DNA of 63,188 nt, the filler included, from Rhabdomonas costata (lineage: Eukaryota): the NCBI GenBank assembly GCA_019059605.1. It is 10 parts of 10 records of this genome, joined end to end, with 100 filler letters (N's around TTAATTAATTAA, not from the genome) between each part and the next. Parts side by side here need not be neighbours in the genome. Positions count along the whole stretch, not along the records: positions 1 to 6,313 come from JAHMHO010000018.1; positions 6,414 to 12,489 come from JAHMHO010000019.1; positions 12,590 to 18,670 come from JAHMHO010000020.1; 7 more parts are not named here. One strand, given 5' to 3'. A program made the position numbers and the translations under genes. Within the stretch, counting starts at the first letter, position 1; every line of letters starts with the position of its first letter. Shown in pieces: positions 1-13,888 of this stretch. The notes under the pieces are model-generated. The model was not told the DNA's origin, did no database searches, and was given only the letters and a program-made list of their open reading frames with translations.

Positions 1-50
1 TCCCGCTATTGTTATCACTTTCAGCCGCTCCTCCTTTAGTTAGCGATAAA

Positions 51-2631
51 ATGATTCGGTGCTGCCGTCCATTCTCCAGAAGACAAAAGACGGCCGGCAA
101 AGCGCTGACATCTGGTGCGGAGACGCGGAGGCTGCGATCGTTTTACTTGCAAGCCTTTGACCTTAGGAAGTTAAAAGCAATTTCGGAGAGGCACTTTTCT
201 CATTTGTACTCGTTGGAACCCAATTTCTGTTTGTGCCTCTGAGTGCTGATGTTATGCAAAGATTTTTTTCCAGCTTTTTTTTGGGGGGGGGGTTAGGGGT
301 GAGTCAGGTTTTTGAGTTCACTGCCCTAGTAGTGAATGTGATAGAATAATCAGGTCCAGTCAAATGCCGTTGTTTTTTTTTTGACAGTGCAAACACCGAA
401 TTGTACACTCGAGTCAGTTCGGTGCCAATTGCACCCCCCGCGTCTAGCCGGACAGTCTCTTGTGCGTTTGTCTTCCAGAGGATTATCATACCAGCTGTGA
501 CTGCGCACCTTCCTCGTCTTCCTCCTCCTCGCACTCCACGGTGGTCGGAGCGGTGCGACACCTGGCGGTAATCATGGATGGGAACCGGAGGTATGGGCGG
601 CAGCGTTACGGCGTGGCCTCGCGAGGGCACTACGACGGTGGGGAGGCCCTTGTGAGGTTCATTGATTGGTGCCTCGAGGCAAAGGTCTGCACGGGAAGGG
701 TTGGTTGGAAGGAGGGAAGTGAGTTGGCTATGATGAACAGGATTGTCATTCCCAGCCCGTCCCTGATTCTGTGCCTGACGTACTCGTCGTTTGAATCGGT
801 GGAGTGCCGGGCTGCTATTCTAAAATTCTAATTTTTGTAACATTCAAGAACCTTTTCTAGTTTCCCGTGCCACTCAGGTGCAAAAGTGAGGGTACCGGTA
901 TTTCACGGTGGGCAAATGCGTTAATTAACATCCGGACGGAGCACTGTTTCGAAAATTGGGTTGGGGTCAACGCTGGGTTGCACCCTGTCGCATTGCAAAA
1001 AAAACATTGTGCACCACGTTTGGTTTAGCACACGTATGTATACCCATTCACACACCTGCGGCCCCTGAACCCTGACCCGCTGCTTGGGCTGCTGTAGGGG
1101 TGTGAAGTTCAACCTGCTGGCTGCAGTGCGAGGTTATATGCCATGCAAATGTACGCAGGTGGAGATCCTTACGGTGTACGCATTCTCCACGGAGAACTGG
1201 AAGCGAGACCCGGTGGAGGTCAAGGTGCTGATGACAATCTTTGAGGAGTTCTTCGAGAGGGTGTGCTCTGTGCCTGCGTTTCGGTGGACTTTTTTCCTCT
1301 TCTTCCTGAAGCATCACTGCTCACACAGACCAACCGGGGCTGCGCGATAATGCAGGGTTGGATGCCCACTGCTGTTCATGCACATTACAGAAGTCTCAGG
1401 ACCTAGACTGTTTCGGATCTTCTTTTTACCTCGGTACTCATCGTAGGGGTGATTTTTTGCGATTGTCTCGGCAGCATGGGTTGCTTTTTTCTTTGCTCGG
1501 GTGTTTCTGCATCCGCTTGCTGCTTCCATGTGAATTGGAAGGGAGGTTGTCTCTTCATTCTTCGGGAGCTTTGGAGGTGGCGGGCGGGTTTCAGATCCGA
1601 AAGGACTCAATCGCGAAGGGCGTTCAGGTGCGATTTCTGTCATCCTCCCCGGAGCTTCTGCCTCCACACATCCGCTCCTTGGCTGAGGCCCTGGAGCAGG
1701 CCACCGCGATGCCGGTGCCAGAGACTCCGCCCACCGCTGCCGCGGCCTTCCCCGCGCTCACTCTGAACGTATGCCTGAGCTATGGCAGCCGGGCGGAGAT
1801 TGCGCGGGCCTGCCAAGGGGTGTGCCGAGCTGTGCTGGCGGGGGAGCTCACCGCGGAGCAGATCGACGAGCGCGTCGTGGAGTCCTTCCTGCTAACTGCG
1901 GGGACTCCTGACCCGGAGCTGGTTATTCGCACCTCAGGTTGATTGGGCTATCTCAGCTTCCAGATAAGGGAGGAGTTGTAGTTAGTTAGACCCCTCCCCT
2001 CCCCGTTGCGCTGTTAACTTTGAAGGCGATGAAAATGAGAATGGAGCCCCCCTCCCGCATCAAAACTTTTTTGGGGACCACAGAAAGACGTGAACGTGGA
2101 GGCGTATGAATCGACCACTTGCCTGCTTAGTTGTGCGTGGTGGGAAGAAAAACAGCACCCAATAAGGCTAGCATTATTGTTCAGTGTCACTTTGAGCAGT
2201 GAGCTGCTTTTGCTGTTCACAGATAATTGGAGCGAACGTCTCTCAGGATATTTTGGAACATTGGAAACTCTGCATAAACTTGTTATAGGGAACGGAATTT
2301 TTGCGTGCTTGGGTGGCCATTTACATCGCCCCGGCAAAAAGATGGTCCGATTTTCAGCTTTCCGTAATTCGCCTCGATTCGACTTTGTACACGCTTGGCC
2401 ACAAGTTGACAGGAACACAAAACAGACTCGATCGATGTCCTCCGTCTGCTCGTCGTGTTGCACCCCCATGCTTCGGGTATAGGGGAGTCCCGGCTGAGCA
2501 ACTTCTTGCTGTTCCAGCTGGCCTACTCGGAAATGGTCTTTGTTCCCAAGCACTGGCCAGAGCTGACTCAGGAGGACTTCTGGGGCGTTCTGGAGGCATA
2601 CTCTCACCGGACCCGGAGGTACGGCTCGTGA
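51..2631 (+). CDS. cis-prenyltransferase (UPPS/DHDDS family), complete 5-exon gene: 51-114, 479-684, 1159-1260, 1595-1937, 2483-2631
   Basis: Phase-consistent GT-AG joins give the family motifs [64 protein letters not shown] and a C-terminal RRYGS (RxG) before TGA 2629-2631. Exon 1 is inferred from ATG 51 and a phase match. Confidence 0.93.
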
Positions 2632-3621
2632 GGCTTCCTGACGGGTCAAACCTTTCCTCTTTGGGTCATTGTCTCTGATTGGTGCGTGCAGCTCGGATGC
2701 TCCGCGCCGAGCTCACTCAGGGGGCCGATTTTCCCTTCATTTTAACGCAGCGGTTCACTTTTTCCTTGGTGGTTGTGTTCCTTCTTGCTTGTGAGCTGTG
2801 CTCCCTTGTTTCTATACGTTGCAGTGATTTTTTTTTTGCTTCTTTAGTTGCTGTGCGAGCGTGTGCACACCTTGATTGGTTAGTTGATTGGTTTGGCAAT
2901 GGACGTGAGGGCGTGGAAGCCATGGGTACAGTGGGTACACTGCTGCCGCATCTGTTGTTCCGGCTTCTTGTTCAGAATCCCATATCAGATCAAATAAAAC
3001 TGCTAGCACTGCCACGGGCAGTTCTAGGTGATGAGAAGAGTATGGGATAGAATGGTTGCGCTCATCGCGAAACGTTACTCTCCCTTTGGAGCCTGCCCAT
3101 TACGCTGAAAAACCTGGATCGATTGCATGGCGTGAGGTTTGTTTGGTTTTATGAACGCAGAGAGAGTGTTCCTGATCTTGGGTGCGAAATCAGAAGCCTC
3201 TCTGTGCTCAAGAATGCGCGTTAACGCTCATCGCGCGTGATTCTTTGCCGCTCACGACAGTGTTGGGAAACCGTTATGGAGTCCATTTTCTTCACACACA
3301 CACACGGCACATTTGCCACCTTTCTTCTCTCGGTGTCATTTTTGTTTTTTCAGGAGATTTCTGCAGCTTCGGCATTATATTTTGTGGCCGTGTTTGGGTG
3401 GCTTTTTTGAGGTGTCGATCGTGCTGGGCAGCTGTTATTCATACTTTCGAAGCCGCGAGAGTAATTCCACTCCGAAGCGTTCTTCCTTGCACTCTTTCGT
3501 TTCGAACATCCCGTTTGTAAAGCTTGGAAGCACCTTGAACAAGCCCAAAACCCGAAGCGGTAGTTTCTCTCATCTCCATTCACCTTCTCACGCGCTAATT
3601 CTCTGCTGCTCCGCCAACGCA

Positions 3622-6313
3622 ATGGCCGCGAAGACTCCGACATCGAGTGGCCCGACTGTCTCGTACGACCCCGGCACTGCCGTGCTCTTCCGGCACCCCA
3701 CCCACAGCTGGGTACTGGCCCGGGTTGGGGCCCCCCAAAAGTCGCCACTTAGCACCGGTAGTAGTGGCGGATCGCGCTCCACCTCTCATGCGGGCACTGT
3801 CACCGTAAAAGTCGAACAAAGCCCATTGGCGGTGGCGAAGGGCAGAGACGGCAAAAGGCTTCCTGTGGAGGATGAGGAGGAGTTGCTGTGCGTGGCGCAG
3901 CCCGCAGATCTTGCCCCGGTGCTGCCTGGCACGTTGACCCCGGTAGACGACCTGCTGAATATGGTATGGTCTCTCTCCTAGGAGATCCCATCATCGTGTC
4001 GTATGTGGAAGTTTTAATTAAATTATGCATTGGGCCAATTGCCGGCTGAGTTTATTGTCCCAAGATCCCGAAATAACATGGTACATTTTTATCCTAACTG
4101 ATGGCAGCGAGCATCCGTTGTGATGTGCGATAGCATGTCTCTTTCGACGGACAACTCCACTGTTGGTATCCTATGGAGAAGCAATCCTTCTGTAACTTAC
4201 CGCTGAGTGCAGCTGCTATAAACCTATGTTGAGAATTTGAATGGCCAGAGTGGGTGGTCGCCCTCTGTGTTAATGACTCACAGCCAGATGCAAAACCAGA
4301 GTGAAGGAATACTGTTGCGTTTTTTATGTGTGTGTTGGGGGGTTCCCTCGTCCGCAGCCCTACTTGCACGACTCCGCACTTCTCTACCACATCCGCCGGA
4401 GATACTTCGAGGGCGACATGTACACCGCGATTGGTACGTACACCTCAACTTCGATGCGTGTCCACAATGTGTCATTCAAAAGCGCTGCGCACAGCATGAG
4501 AATTCAAATCCGCTCACCAATTCCGATTTCGGACTAAGTTGCGGTGTGTCGCCCGCAAATGGCTGTGCATTGAGGGCATCCTTAAAGTAGAGTCTGGTAG
4601 TGCTGAAATGGTGGTCGATAATCAATTTGACCGGCGATGGCACCTTCGGTTTCCCGATCTTTTCCAGAAGAGGAGCGCGTCATCGTTATTCCGCAAACCG
4701 GTCGACAGCTCGCCTTAACACTCTCCCGCACCAATTCAACCAAATATTTCTTGCACTCCGCACTCCTTTTCCCCCGGTTTCTTTCTCTTCCGCCTCTTTC
4801 ACTTTTTGGGTACTGCTTCTCGTTTTATCCTTTTTTTTTACTGCTGAGTACTTCGACCATTTGGACCTTTCTTTCCTTTCTGCCATTTTCCCGCAATGGG
4901 ATGAATAACTCTCCGTCTGAAGTTGTGTTTGCTTCTTTATGCCATCGGCATATCGGCATGAGGTGTGGTTGGTGCTCAGGGCCCATCCTAGTCTCTCTCA
5001 ACCCGTACACCTGGGACATCCCGGAGTACCAGGACTCCAGAATGGCGGCGTACATCGCCCGAGGGGCCTCGCTATGCTACCACGACAACGCCCACAAGGG
5101 GATAACTCAGACCCGGGGCACTTTTCCTACACAGCCCGAAGCCACTGGAACCGACTCCTCTGTCCCCCTGCCTACGCACTGCTGGGAGACTGCCCACTCC
5201 GCGTACTGGAGCCTGCGCACCACGGCAACCAACCAGACCATCCTGGTGACTGGAGAGAGGTGGGCCCTAACCCCTGACCACAGAACCTGCACAGCACGGC
5301 ACGGCATATCCACCGATGGTTGCAAGAAGTGCTGCGAAGGCGCGCACAGGCACGCAATGCCGTTAGTCGTGCTTGTTGCTCTTGGGATCTTTGGAGCACC
5401 TCTTAGGGGTCGAATTCCTACTGCAAACTTGGTGAAAACTGCGTGAAAGTTGTTTCGTGAGATCTGGGATGCTGGAGGCTGGAAGCAAGAATCCGGGTTT
5501 GCCTTGTTGGCTGCATTACAAAGCAAGTTCGAATCGGAAGTGCATAGAGTCGTTTAGCCTGATGGAAAAATCAGACAGTGTGATATTTTGGTAAGATGAA
5601 GCTGAGACGTACATAGGGGCAAAAGTTAGTCAACAACGCAGCGTAAACGTATTGGTTCGGGCACACCCACGCACACCAACGCCACGCACACCAACGCCCA
5701 AGCAAATTCTCATACACGCACGCAGTGGGGCGGGCAAGACCGAGGCGGTGAAGATCGTGCTGAGGTACCTCTCTGCTCTCTCCTCCGCAGCGGCGGCAGC
5801 TGCAGGGGACGCCACCTTAGCCGCGGCTCGGAGGCAACTCACGGAGGTTCACCGATTAAACTAAAACCCACACCCACAAGCACCCTGCCTTTTTTCTTTT
5901 TAAAATTCATTGCATTATTTGCAAACAGAAACCCAGAGGAAGCGGAAACCAATGTACACCCGTCAAATGATAATGCAGGTGCAATGTAAAGAAAGATAAC
6001 CAAATGTCGCAAATGTCGGATACTTCACTGTATGATGCATCCCCACTATCCGTTTGGGGACTATGCCTCTGTCAGACGCACTTTATGCGCCCGTGCCCTC
6101 CCGGCGGATGTCACATTGTAGCCATCCTCCTGACCACCAGCCATTTCTCGTTGTACCTGCGGCACGGTCATTGCTTCCAGATAGCATAGATAAATCAGAT
6201 AGCATAGGAAGAATGCCGTGGTGAACGATGGATTTTGGGAGTCCTGGTGTCTAATAAAATGCAGCGACTTGAGGCGGCTTCGCCAATCCTGGAGGCCTTT
6301 GGCAACCCCACAC
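3622..6313 (+). CDS. Myosin heavy chain, N-terminal region and start of motor domain, truncated by contig end; exons 3622-3963, 4358-4433, 4980-5259, 5726-5846, 6265-~6306
   Basis: Spliced product contains VDDLLNMPYLHDSALLYHIRRRY, YTAIGPILVSLNPY, NQTILVTGESGAGKTEAVK (P-loop split by an intron) and ASPILEAFGN. Confidence 0.95.
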
Positions 6314-6413
6314 NNNNNNNNNNNNNNNNNNNNNNNNNNNNNNNNNNNNNNNNNNNNTTAATTAATTAANNNNNNNNNNNNNNNNNNNNNNNNNNNNNNN
6401 NNNNNNNNNNNNN
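6314..6413. other. Artificial contig linker N44-TTAATTAATTAA-N44; identical linkers at 12490-12589, 18671-18770, 25575-25674, 31712-31811, 37823-37922, 45042-45141, 51102-51201, 57134-57233
   Basis: Identical 100-bp spacers with stops in all six frames; genes break at these points. Confidence 0.99.
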
Positions 6414-9400
6414 GTGGTGTAAGGGGCTGGGCTGCCATGACCTCTTCGGAGGAACCCTCCCTTGAACGCTTGCGGTGAGATGATGTGGCTCCAGCAGAGC
6501 AAGCCCCCTCTGCTACGACTAAATTCAACTGAGGTGCATTAGTCTCGGTCGACGCTTGGGGAGTACAGGAAAAACGCGCAGCCGCTGAGGAGTCATGTGA
6601 TGAGAAACTATTGCTTGGTGATGGCGCACGGCATCGGCGTCTTTTGAGGGCCGGGTGGGGAAGCGAGGAATGCTGATCCACTACTTCCTCTTCGGAGTCC
6701 AGGGTTGTGGTGCTCACCGGTGGCACGTCCAGTTCTCTGCTGGGTGGGATGGCTGCGTAGAAGTGCAAGCCCTCCCTCGGCACGGCGGCGACCTCAATGT
6801 GAAAGCCCACGGCTAGGCCTGAGCCATGACAAAGAGGGACAAGCTGACCCTGGCTGAGGCTGGGGTGCTGCTGGATTGCGGAGTAGCCCCAGGGGCGACC
6901 ATTGAGGAGTCCGACAGTGCAGCGTCTGATGGCATTCTGCAGGGCACGGGACTGTGCCTTGCTCACGGAAAAGCTCCAGGGAGGCCGGAACGGCGCCCTT
7001 CCATTACATGAGAGCAAGGGACCACGAACGGTGTGGGTGAGAATCTGCATCACCAGAGCGGGGTGATAGGCTTGCACCATGGCTTCAAAATCCCGCTGCA
7101 CCACGGAAAGAGCAAGGCGTTGGATGAATTTAACCACCAGGGACCGTAAGAGGTTTCGGGCAACACGGTGCAGCTTTGGCTGAAGGGGGCCTTCCTGATT
7201 ACTCATGTCCGCAACGTCAACAAGAAAGGCATAGTAATTCTCCTCGGGACATCTCCGCAAACGCTGCGCGCCACAGGAAGCGTTGACAGCAACTTCGTCA
7301 TCCACTGAGATTCGGCTTTGGTTCCTGTCGTCAGGCGCGAGTTCAGGCACGGCCTCGAGCTCAATCTCGTCCTCCTCACCATAGGAAAAAGACATCCCTG
7401 ATGACGAACACCCGCTCTCCATTGTTGCCGAGTGGAAGTCACCCCCATCGCGGAACCCGAACTGCCCAGAGGTGTAGCTGTCACCGAAAATAAAAGAGTC
7501 ATCAGCAACCGAGACGCTGGCTTGCTGCGAGGCAGAGGAGCATCGGACTCCTTCAGCTGGGCGAAGCAAGATCCTTGTTCCCCGATACAAACAGAACGCC
7601 AACTGTTGTTCCCCCAAGTTTACGGTGGTGTTGTTGATAGTCCCGTCGGGCCGAGAGACAGTGACCCTTCTCCCGTAGACATGCACTTGGAAAGTTCCCG
7701 GCATTTCTCCAGCCAGCTCGTAATCCAATTCGGTGTTCAGAGAGGGATTGGTGCACCGGTGGAGTCCAAACTGAAAAGCAGAGTTCCAGCCCTTGCTCTC
7801 GAACCCGAACCTGTGACACCCGTGAGGCAGCTGCAGGCAAACAATGACAGGCCCATTTGAATCCAAGGCAATCTCCTGCCCATGCACAGCAACTGGTTGC
7901 CCACAGCGGCTGGGATCAAAAGAAGGACTTGCACTGTCATCTTCTTCACTCAAATCAGCCGCGGCTTCTCCCAAGTAGGATTTTGGAGAAAGAGCTATCA
8001 CGGTATGACATGAATCGCTCAAGTTCAGACACCGACCTTGCGCCTGCAGGGTAATGGCGAAGACGTATCGTCCTGTGCTGCAAAAGTGGGTATAGCTGGT
8101 GGTTGTGTTGCGAAGAAATCGAACCGACCCCGATGAAATGGCTACTGATAAGGAGCACCCCTCGGTAACATCGCGGAAAAAGACAACCTTGTCCCAAAGC
8201 TTCACTCCAGGGGGGCTTAAGTCAGGCAAAGACCGCGTGGACGGATTCTGCTTCTCAAGGCATTCCACTGGAAGCAATCCAAAGTACAGCACTCCGTTTA
8301 AATGACCAAGCTTCAGCAGTGATATCTCAAAGTAGCTCGTGGAATCGGAGGTTGGGGCATGACTGAGAATGAACGTCTGTGTGGTACCACCGTGTCCCCA
8401 GCACAATACCCTGTCTTTGCACAGAAGACTGCAACCCACTGCAGAGCTATATCCGTCTTCTGAAGGCAGTTTGAAATGGAGAGGAGAGGGAAAACTTGCA
8501 AACGCCGGAAGATTGAAAGCAGAGAGCTCGCTCTCCCATTGACCATCATCTTCACTGAAGGCAGAGGACTGGGCTGACCGGGCCAAGCTCGCGGTAAAGC
8601 CTCCACTCGATGAAGGCAGAAGCAGCCGATTCGTATCATACCAGTACCAATCACCATCGGTAAGCTGCACACGGGCAGTGCCACCACGGTCGGAGTTGAC
8701 ACTTGTAATGGTTCCAATTTGTCCACAATAGTCGCGCATAATATCGGTGAAGCCTTGAGGCTGGTCTTCCAAAGCTGACGCCTGGGGGATCAGACACTGC
8801 ATCCCTTCTCGCCAGTACTCGGCACCAGGTTGCATGTCAGACACCCTTCCAGTTTTGGAAGCACCATTCCCCAAAGCCCACTCTGGCGGGGCAGGACTGT
8901 CTGGAATTGTGAGCTTTGAAGACGCAGACAGGACAGAGTATAATAATAACATCTTCGTTTCAAGCACGGCTGGATGGGAGTCGAATGGCGCTTTCGATGC
9001 CGCCAGCCGAATGAGACCATCCAGAGCAGTCAGAACCACTGGACCCTCCAACACAGGTGGAAAACTGCAAAGCACACGAAGAGTCATTCCAACAAGGTGC
9101 CACAAAACCTCCTTTCCCGAAATCATTCCAGCCTGAAACCCACCTTCGCCCTCCAACTCATCACCGACCAGTATATGCCCCATCATCTTCAACAAGTCCA
9201 GCACAACGCCAAGCGTTGTCAAATCTAATGAATGTGAACCAGGCTCAACCAAGGTTAGTTCTGTGCAGCGGACCTCAATCAGCCTTCCAGAAAAATTCAC
9301 CACGTGACAGCATGGAAGAGCAGGATGATAAGTTTCCACCAAAACGTCACTGCCTTGAACGATGCACCTGGCACCAGGTCGCAGGACCTCTCCATAGCCG

Positions 9401-11995
9401 CCCAAAACGGCAAGGGCAGCACCGGCTTGTTTCCACTTTTGGCTCGCAGGAGACTCCGTCATCCACCCAGTGGTGACAAGCGCGGCAGCGCACTCCTCCG
9501 ACCTGACATTTTCCAAACGTTGAAGAAGAAAGGCTCTAATGCCATCAGAGGAGTCAAACTCCATGGCAATCTGCAAGGTTCGAATCACATCAAAAGCAAG
9601 CTGTAGGTCCAGGAAAACTGTATCCAAAGGTCGACCCTTCTTTTCGAAAGGGAGAAGAGCAGAAACAATTCCAAGTAACGCGTCGATCTCAGTATTTTCA
9701 AGTGAATCCAACAATCCATGAAAAATGGCTGACGAGGGGAGCTCCAGCAACTGCCGTCTGATGGCTGGCGAAAGGGCAGGGTTGCAAGCCAGATGAAGCA
9801 GCTGCCTCACAAACTGAACGAGAGGCTCTTGGATAAGCGAAGAAGCAACACCCACAATTACATGCAAGGGTCTCAGTAATGGAACGGATGCATACTCAGC
9901 GGACGTTTGCTTCACCTGACCCTGAAGTTGCAAGGACAAAGCCGCACACAAGGTACTGACGGCATCGCGGAAATGGCTCTGGACTTGCGGTCGCTCGGAG
10001 ACCGTCTTCGCTGATTTAAGCAGAAGATAGCTCAAAAGATCAACCGCAGTGTCTCCGAGGACAAGCATACCATTGGAAGACTCAGAGTTTTCAGTGATTG
10101 AGGCAGGATCAAACAGGAAGGGCTCCTGCCCAAAGTTGGCCTTAATGGTGGCCGGGCTTACAAAAAGAACGCATGGCACCCAATCCTGTGAGCTTGCGCA
10201 AGCCGTCTGCCCCCAAAGGGCACCGTTCTTCGTGAAAAATACTGTGAGTTCCGGGGAGGACGCGAGGCGAATGACACCCACACCCACAGTGTCACCTACG
10301 CACAACCCAGGCGCGAAGTCTCTGGCGAGCTCGCCGCCATCGTCAGTGCGCAGACGCGACAAGGACCCATCGTAATCATTATAAATCATCACCTTTGATC
10401 CGCTTTGGGTGTTGACGGAAGTGACCTCCGGAAGTTTTGTCAGCCCTATCCAGGGGCTTTTCTTAGGGTCGAACGCTTTCAAACAAACTTCATAGTAGCA
10501 CACTGGACATGAGGACGGAATGCCCCGCGTCGCGAACACGGCAAGCCCCTTTCGATTTTCCACATCACAATGAAACGTGAGTCCATCTGCATGAGTCGTC
10601 AGCGGGGCTACCGGGTCAGCTCTAAACGTATTCCAGGCGTAGGGCGGGGCCTCCGGTCGAGCGACTCCAGCAGAAAAGGTAACCATTTCAGCCAACACCC
10701 CTGCCTCGATGAGGCCGTCCAGTTCAGCACTTCCGCGCGAACCCACAAAGGCGAAAAAGCGCAGGCAGAGCCATTTCGTCGCAAATGTGGTGGCAGGAGA
10801 TTTGAAGATGCTTAAAACAGCGCGCAGAACACCAACTGACTTTTCACGAAGTGCTGCTTTAAGTTCGGGACCACAGCAGACGTCAGCAAAAAGCCCCATC
10901 ATTGAAAAGGATTGGGCATCATTCGGAGGCAGCAGAAGAGCGCGTAAAATGTACTCTCGGATTTCAATGGGATTCCCTCCATCGGCAGGACCAGTGTGGC
11001 GAAAGTTGATTGAAGAGGCCGAAAGGAGCGTTTCAGCGAGTTGCAAACACAAGCCAATCTGGCAAGCAGCCTTAAAGTGGCCGAGAAGCGCAGACTCACA
11101 CACATCAGGGTCCACTGTTGAGTCTGTAATAAAACCCAGCAGCTTGTCCACACGCTCTGCTAAGGCATCTGCAGGAAGACCCATGGTTTTGCGCACCTCG
11201 GAAGAACTAGCAGCGGATACCGCTCGGGCGCATGCAGGCAAGTCAGAAAAATCCCACGACACATCTGGGGACGGCTGTACCGGGGAAATGGGATGCAAGC
11301 ATTCCAAAACAAAGCGAGCTCGCTTCCCGGTGCGCTGGAGGGTCTGGGTGGACCCCTCCCGTTGACCCTGGTACAGGGCCTGAAAGCTCTGCCACAGCTG
11401 AGCCACTTTCCGAAATACCGTCGCCAGAATGGGGCTTGCCTCCTCCCCGATTTGAAGGGGTACCCCGCAGTGCCTCAAGGCGGCCGCCAGCACAACGCAA
11501 AGCACATGCTTGACAGCAGGGGCTAAGAGATGACCCCGAGGAAGTGGTAGAACTGAGGCGACCCCCTGCCAAAGGAGCTCGGCCACGCGGGCGGAAGCCG
11601 CGGAAGGAGGTGGAGCTGCTTCATCGGACAATGGGCAAATCCTGCAGAGGGCTGCAAGCACATCAGAGTCGGCGCTTTCAGGCTCAACAGCGGAATGAAC
11701 AGGCTCACCATCTGTGGACAAATTAAAAGGAGGACAAGGAAAATAACACTTTTACCATACAGTACCGTGCGGGATCTGCGCGTATCTCCTTATTTTGGAT
11801 GATACAGGCGGATCGGTGACAAAAGAAGAATTGAAAAGGCGACAAAACGCGGTGGTCGCAACATTCGAAAAGGCCAGGCACTCAAAAACAACGCCAAGAT
11901 GTACCGCGTGTGATCTTCCGTCCTCGGCCACGAGCCGTACGAGCACCACCCCGGTGAGCTGCCCGGCCCCGTCCACTGCACTTCTGCTCCTGCAT
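6414..11995 (-). CDS. Giant SPRY-domain protein with HERC/HECTD4-like features, 3'-truncated; exons 11995-11905, 11788-11756, 11711-6414
   Basis: Open exon of about 5.3 kb. SPRY motifs YYEV..WIGL..VGDTVGVG..VFFTKNG..IKANFGQEPFLFD; an AALAVLGG motif; a Mind-bomb SH3-like segment (GFTDIMRDYCGQIGTITSV..ARVQL); a probable second, degenerate SPRY (SYFEISLLKLG..LYFGL). Two small 5' exons join in phase through 116-nt and 44-nt GT-AG introns. No HECT or RING domain is visible here. Confidence 0.75.
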
Positions 11996-12589
11996 GGCGT
12001 TCTCAGACGCTTCAAAAAGCGGTAACCATCCCGAATCAATCGAACACACACCTAATTCAAAAAATGCACTCTTCCATCTTACTTTCATCATCTGTTCCCT
12101 GCATGCAACCAAATCAGGAGCAGCTGCGGGCAGTGTACACTTCGTAATTTCTGAAAGGGAGCGGGAGAGGGGAAAGGGGAAGCCCCCCCCCCCGAGGAGT
12201 TGACTGGTGCCGGCATACGCTTCTAGATTGTTGTATGTGTCGGTCGATTTCCAGGAGAGATCGGATAGATGAAAAGCACGATCAGAAACCAGCCTTTCTT
12301 CGAACTTTTGTGTGGAAAGACAACCCTCTAAATCTCCAAACGATGAGCAATATAAGCATGACGGGGTGTGCCTTTAAATTTGGGCGGGAAAACTCTGTCA
12401 GCGTGTCCGCTTCCTGCCTTCCGGCAGACACGTGATTTGAGCGAGATGGTCACATCTCCTTAACTGCATTGCAGTTTAAACCCAACCACNNNNNNNNNNN
12501 NNNNNNNNNNNNNNNNNNNNNNNNNNNNNNNNNTTAATTAATTAANNNNNNNNNNNNNNNNNNNNNNNNNNNNNNNNNNNNNNNNNNNN

Positions 12590-12860
12590 GGTGGTGTGGT
12601 CCGCCGAGATTTGTGCCGCCGCCGCCAACCTCACCTTCATCCCTTTAGGAGTTGACACATGGCGCGCAGGGCGGCACAGCTTTGACCAAGCTGTTCAGCC
12701 GGTATGCCAAGCGCCTCTCCACGGAGGGTTTGGAGCGCTTCCGGGTCCAGCGGCAGGCGGAGTGCTGGCAGCGGTTATCGGTTGTTTTGCACAAAGGCAT
12801 CGCAGCTCAGCTGAGCTTCGCCCTTCTGGGGGGACCCTATGCGGAGCCGCGCGACGTGCT
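12590..12860 (+). mobile_element. Decayed 3' end of a restriction-like-endonuclease non-LTR retrotransposon (CRE/SLACS-like)
   Basis: AEICAAAANLTFIPLGVDT, a frameshift near 12660, then GAQGGTALTKLFSRYAKR..ECWQRLSVVLHKGIAAQL. This matches the C-terminal pattern F.P.A.ET.G..G...QRLS..LQ.GNA of CRE-clade elements. Confidence 0.7.
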
Positions 12861-13888
12861 TTACGGGCTGGTACTCTGCTCCCTGCACCCCCTTCCTCTC
12901 CGGGATTTCTTATTCAAAATGGGAACTTTTTCATTTAAGATGAGGCTTCGACCATGTCAATATGATAAATCTTCTGGACACCGAAAGTTTGCATTGTGGA
13001 TTGATTGTGCTCAACTGTGAAGCAAATTTCGCAAAGAAGATTCCTTACGGGTCCACAAATTCTCACCGTCAGCTAATTCTTTTCACTTTCATGCAATTTT
13101 CACTTCGACTTCGATTAAAGGAAGACCAAATTTCAATAGTACCAGAATGTTTTCAGTTTCCGCTGAACACAAGCGCACAGAGAACTGGGTGTCGTAGAGG
13201 GAAATCAGATTGTCTTCAACGTGCGTTTTTATGAACAATTTTGGATGTTTCTACAGTCCTCCTTTTATTTTGGCATATTGATATTCTGCAAGAAGGCTTT
13301 ATATCATAGAGGGTAGCTTACTTTCGGGACCTGCATTCGAAGTAATGCTCGGGGCGTGCCGCCACCTCACTCGACGGGTGATTACCAGGCAGAGGTGTGT
13401 GGCTGCGCGTGTCCAACTTCACGTGTCCAACTTCTTCTCAGGTAGCAATGGCTTGGATGAACATTCGTCTTTTGTCCAAGCATAAGGCCGAAGATTGAAC
13501 ATTGGGGTGGAGAAGAACTGTGGCATGAGCCCCAACGTTTTAGTGAGGGCTTTCGAAAGGGTTCTCAGTGCCATCTGAACGCCACCGAGACCGACCATGT
13601 CCTGTCCTGGTCTTCCTGTGTTTTTGAACTGTAAACTGTAACCTGATATGCCAACCCAAGCCTCACCACTTCCCTGTTCGCTGCCCACTCCCCGTTTTCT
13701 TGTTTCTCGTTTCTGACTCAGCAGACTCATGTTGTTTGTGTTGGCAACTAACTTCGGTCAAAATGAGCTCAGTGCTCACATTCAGTGTTCAACCAAACAC
13801 TCTGAGTGCTGAAGTGGTGTTTTAAGGTTCGCTAGGATGGAAGTGGTTCGGATCGGTGCACGTGAAGTCCATTCCTTTTTATAAACAG

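Noticed and set aside
6358-6369. Recurrent TTAATTAATTAA as a biological repeat or CRISPR-like array
   Set aside because: Always centred in 88 Ns; it is an artificial six-frame-stop linker.
6826-11726. Many plus-strand ORFs opposite the SPRY gene
   Set aside because: Antisense shadows of a long coding exon.
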